Shown here: piece after piece, positions 25,052 to 25,682 of the stretch
Layout of the letters: every line of letters begins with the position of its first letter
How positions within the stretch are numbered: the stretch's first letter is position 1
From: a virus
Lineage: Duplodnaviria > Caudoviricetes
Strand: one strand, 5' to 3'
IMG/VR virus record: IMGVR_UViG_3300032203_000026
Location: 1 to 25,682 of that record
Length of the DNA stretch: 25,682 bases
Notes under the pieces: model-generated
Databases searched by the model: none
The model's input: the letters and a program-made list of their open reading frames with translations, nothing else
Told to the model about the DNA's origin: nothing
Made by a program: the position numbers and the translations under genes

Positions 25052-25682
25052 ATGCCTAAAAAAGGATATAAACAAACAGAAGAACATAGAAAAAAGATAA
25101 CAGCGGCATTAAAAATAAGATACATTAAATTTCCATATTTAAAACAACAAATTGGTGAGAAATTAAGTAAATTATTGAAAGGAAGAAAATTTTCGGAAGA
25201 ACATAAAAATAAATTGAGCTTAGCCAAAAAAGGAAAGAAAATTAAGCCTTTTTCAGAAGAGCATAAAAAGAAAATAAGGGAAGCATTAAAAGGACATATA
25301 GTTTCTAAAGAAACAATAGAAAAAATGAGTAGGGCTTTAAAAGGAAGAAAGACTTGGAATAAGGGAAAAAAGGGATTACAAGTTGCTTGGAATAAAGGAA
25401 AATTATTTTTACAGATAAGAGGGGAAAAACATCCTAATTGGAAAGGAGGGATAACTCCTCAAAATATAAAAATAAGGCATAGTATAGAATTTCGTTTATG
25501 GCGTGAGGCAGTCTTTGCCAGAGATAATTGGACTTGCCAGAAATGTAAAGTAAGAGGTGGTAGATTACATTCTCATCATATTCAAAACTTTTCCCAATAT
25601 CCTGAATTAAGATTTGCAATAGATAACGGAATAACTTTTTGTAGAAATTGTCACCAGTTATTTCATAAAATTTATGGAAAAA
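25052..25682 (+). CDS. NUMOD3-repeat HNH homing endonuclease (3' truncated by window; not in ORF track)
   Basis: Manual translation: TEEHRKKI / SEEHKNKLS / SEEHKKKI / SKETIEKMS repeats, WNKG twice, HPNWKGG, WREAVFARDNWTCQKC, LHSHHI, NGITFCRNCHQLFH; no stop before the window end. Confidence 0.92.
   Translation, partial: MPKKGYKQTEEHRKKITAALKIRYIKFPYLKQQIGEKLSKLLKGRKFSEEHKNKLSLAKKGKKIKPFSEEHKKKIREALKGHIVSKETIEKMSRALKGRKTWNKGKKGLQVAWNKGKLFLQIRGEKHPNWKGGITPQNIKIRHSIEFRLWREAVFARDNWTCQKCKVRGGRLHSHHIQNFSQYPELRFAIDNGITFCRNCHQLFHKIYGK

Larger units (their letters stand above)
1..25682 (+). mobile_element. Tailed phage/prophage genome segment (accessory genes plus DNA packaging, head and tail module; podovirus-like)
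   Basis: Terminase-portal-scaffold-capsid-tail gene order, dense single-strand coding, many short overlapping ORFs, no recognisable cellular housekeeping genes. No integrase or att site is visible, so free phage and prophage cannot be distinguished. Confidence 0.95.

Noticed and set aside
139-25619. All minus-strand ORFs in the track (e.g. 12644-13108, 18037-18351, 18823-19095, 25434-25619)
   Set aside because: They are antisense shadows of well-supported + strand genes, with Phe/Leu/Ser-biased or motif-free sequence.
1-25682. tRNA, rRNA, integrase/att sites, lysis or replication genes
   Set aside because: None recognisable; the intergenic gaps show no cloverleaf or T-loop consensus.

Overview
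The window is an AT-rich fragment of a tailed phage (Caudoviricetes) or prophage, and every credible gene is on the + strand. Positions 1-5.9 kb hold small accessory ORFs (many with Cys/His zinc-binding motifs) and an amidoligase plus class-II glutamine amidotransferase pair. At 6.1 kb an orphan AbrB/MazE-type regulator sits among repeats of its probable operator. From 6.4 kb the morphogenesis module follows: terminase, portal, scaffold, capsid-associated protein, major capsid, small virion proteins, a LamG protein, a tail fibre and podovirus-like tail proteins. It ends in a NUMOD3-HNH endonuclease cut off by the window edge. The most unusual element is a 1.13 kb tnpB-only insertion with one nonsense codon. 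Its two ends form a 17-bp inverted repeat, and removing it would restore an in-frame ATG start for the downstream tail gene. Other notable signals are a tandem pair of hairpins with different stems but an identical GTCGCCG loop before the scaffold gene, an identical 20-bp palindrome at two sites 11.3 kb apart, and an AAAGGTCG motif about 31-37 nt upstream of several starts in a genome lacking obvious Shine-Dalgarno sites. All product calls come from motif recognition and gene order; no database search was run.
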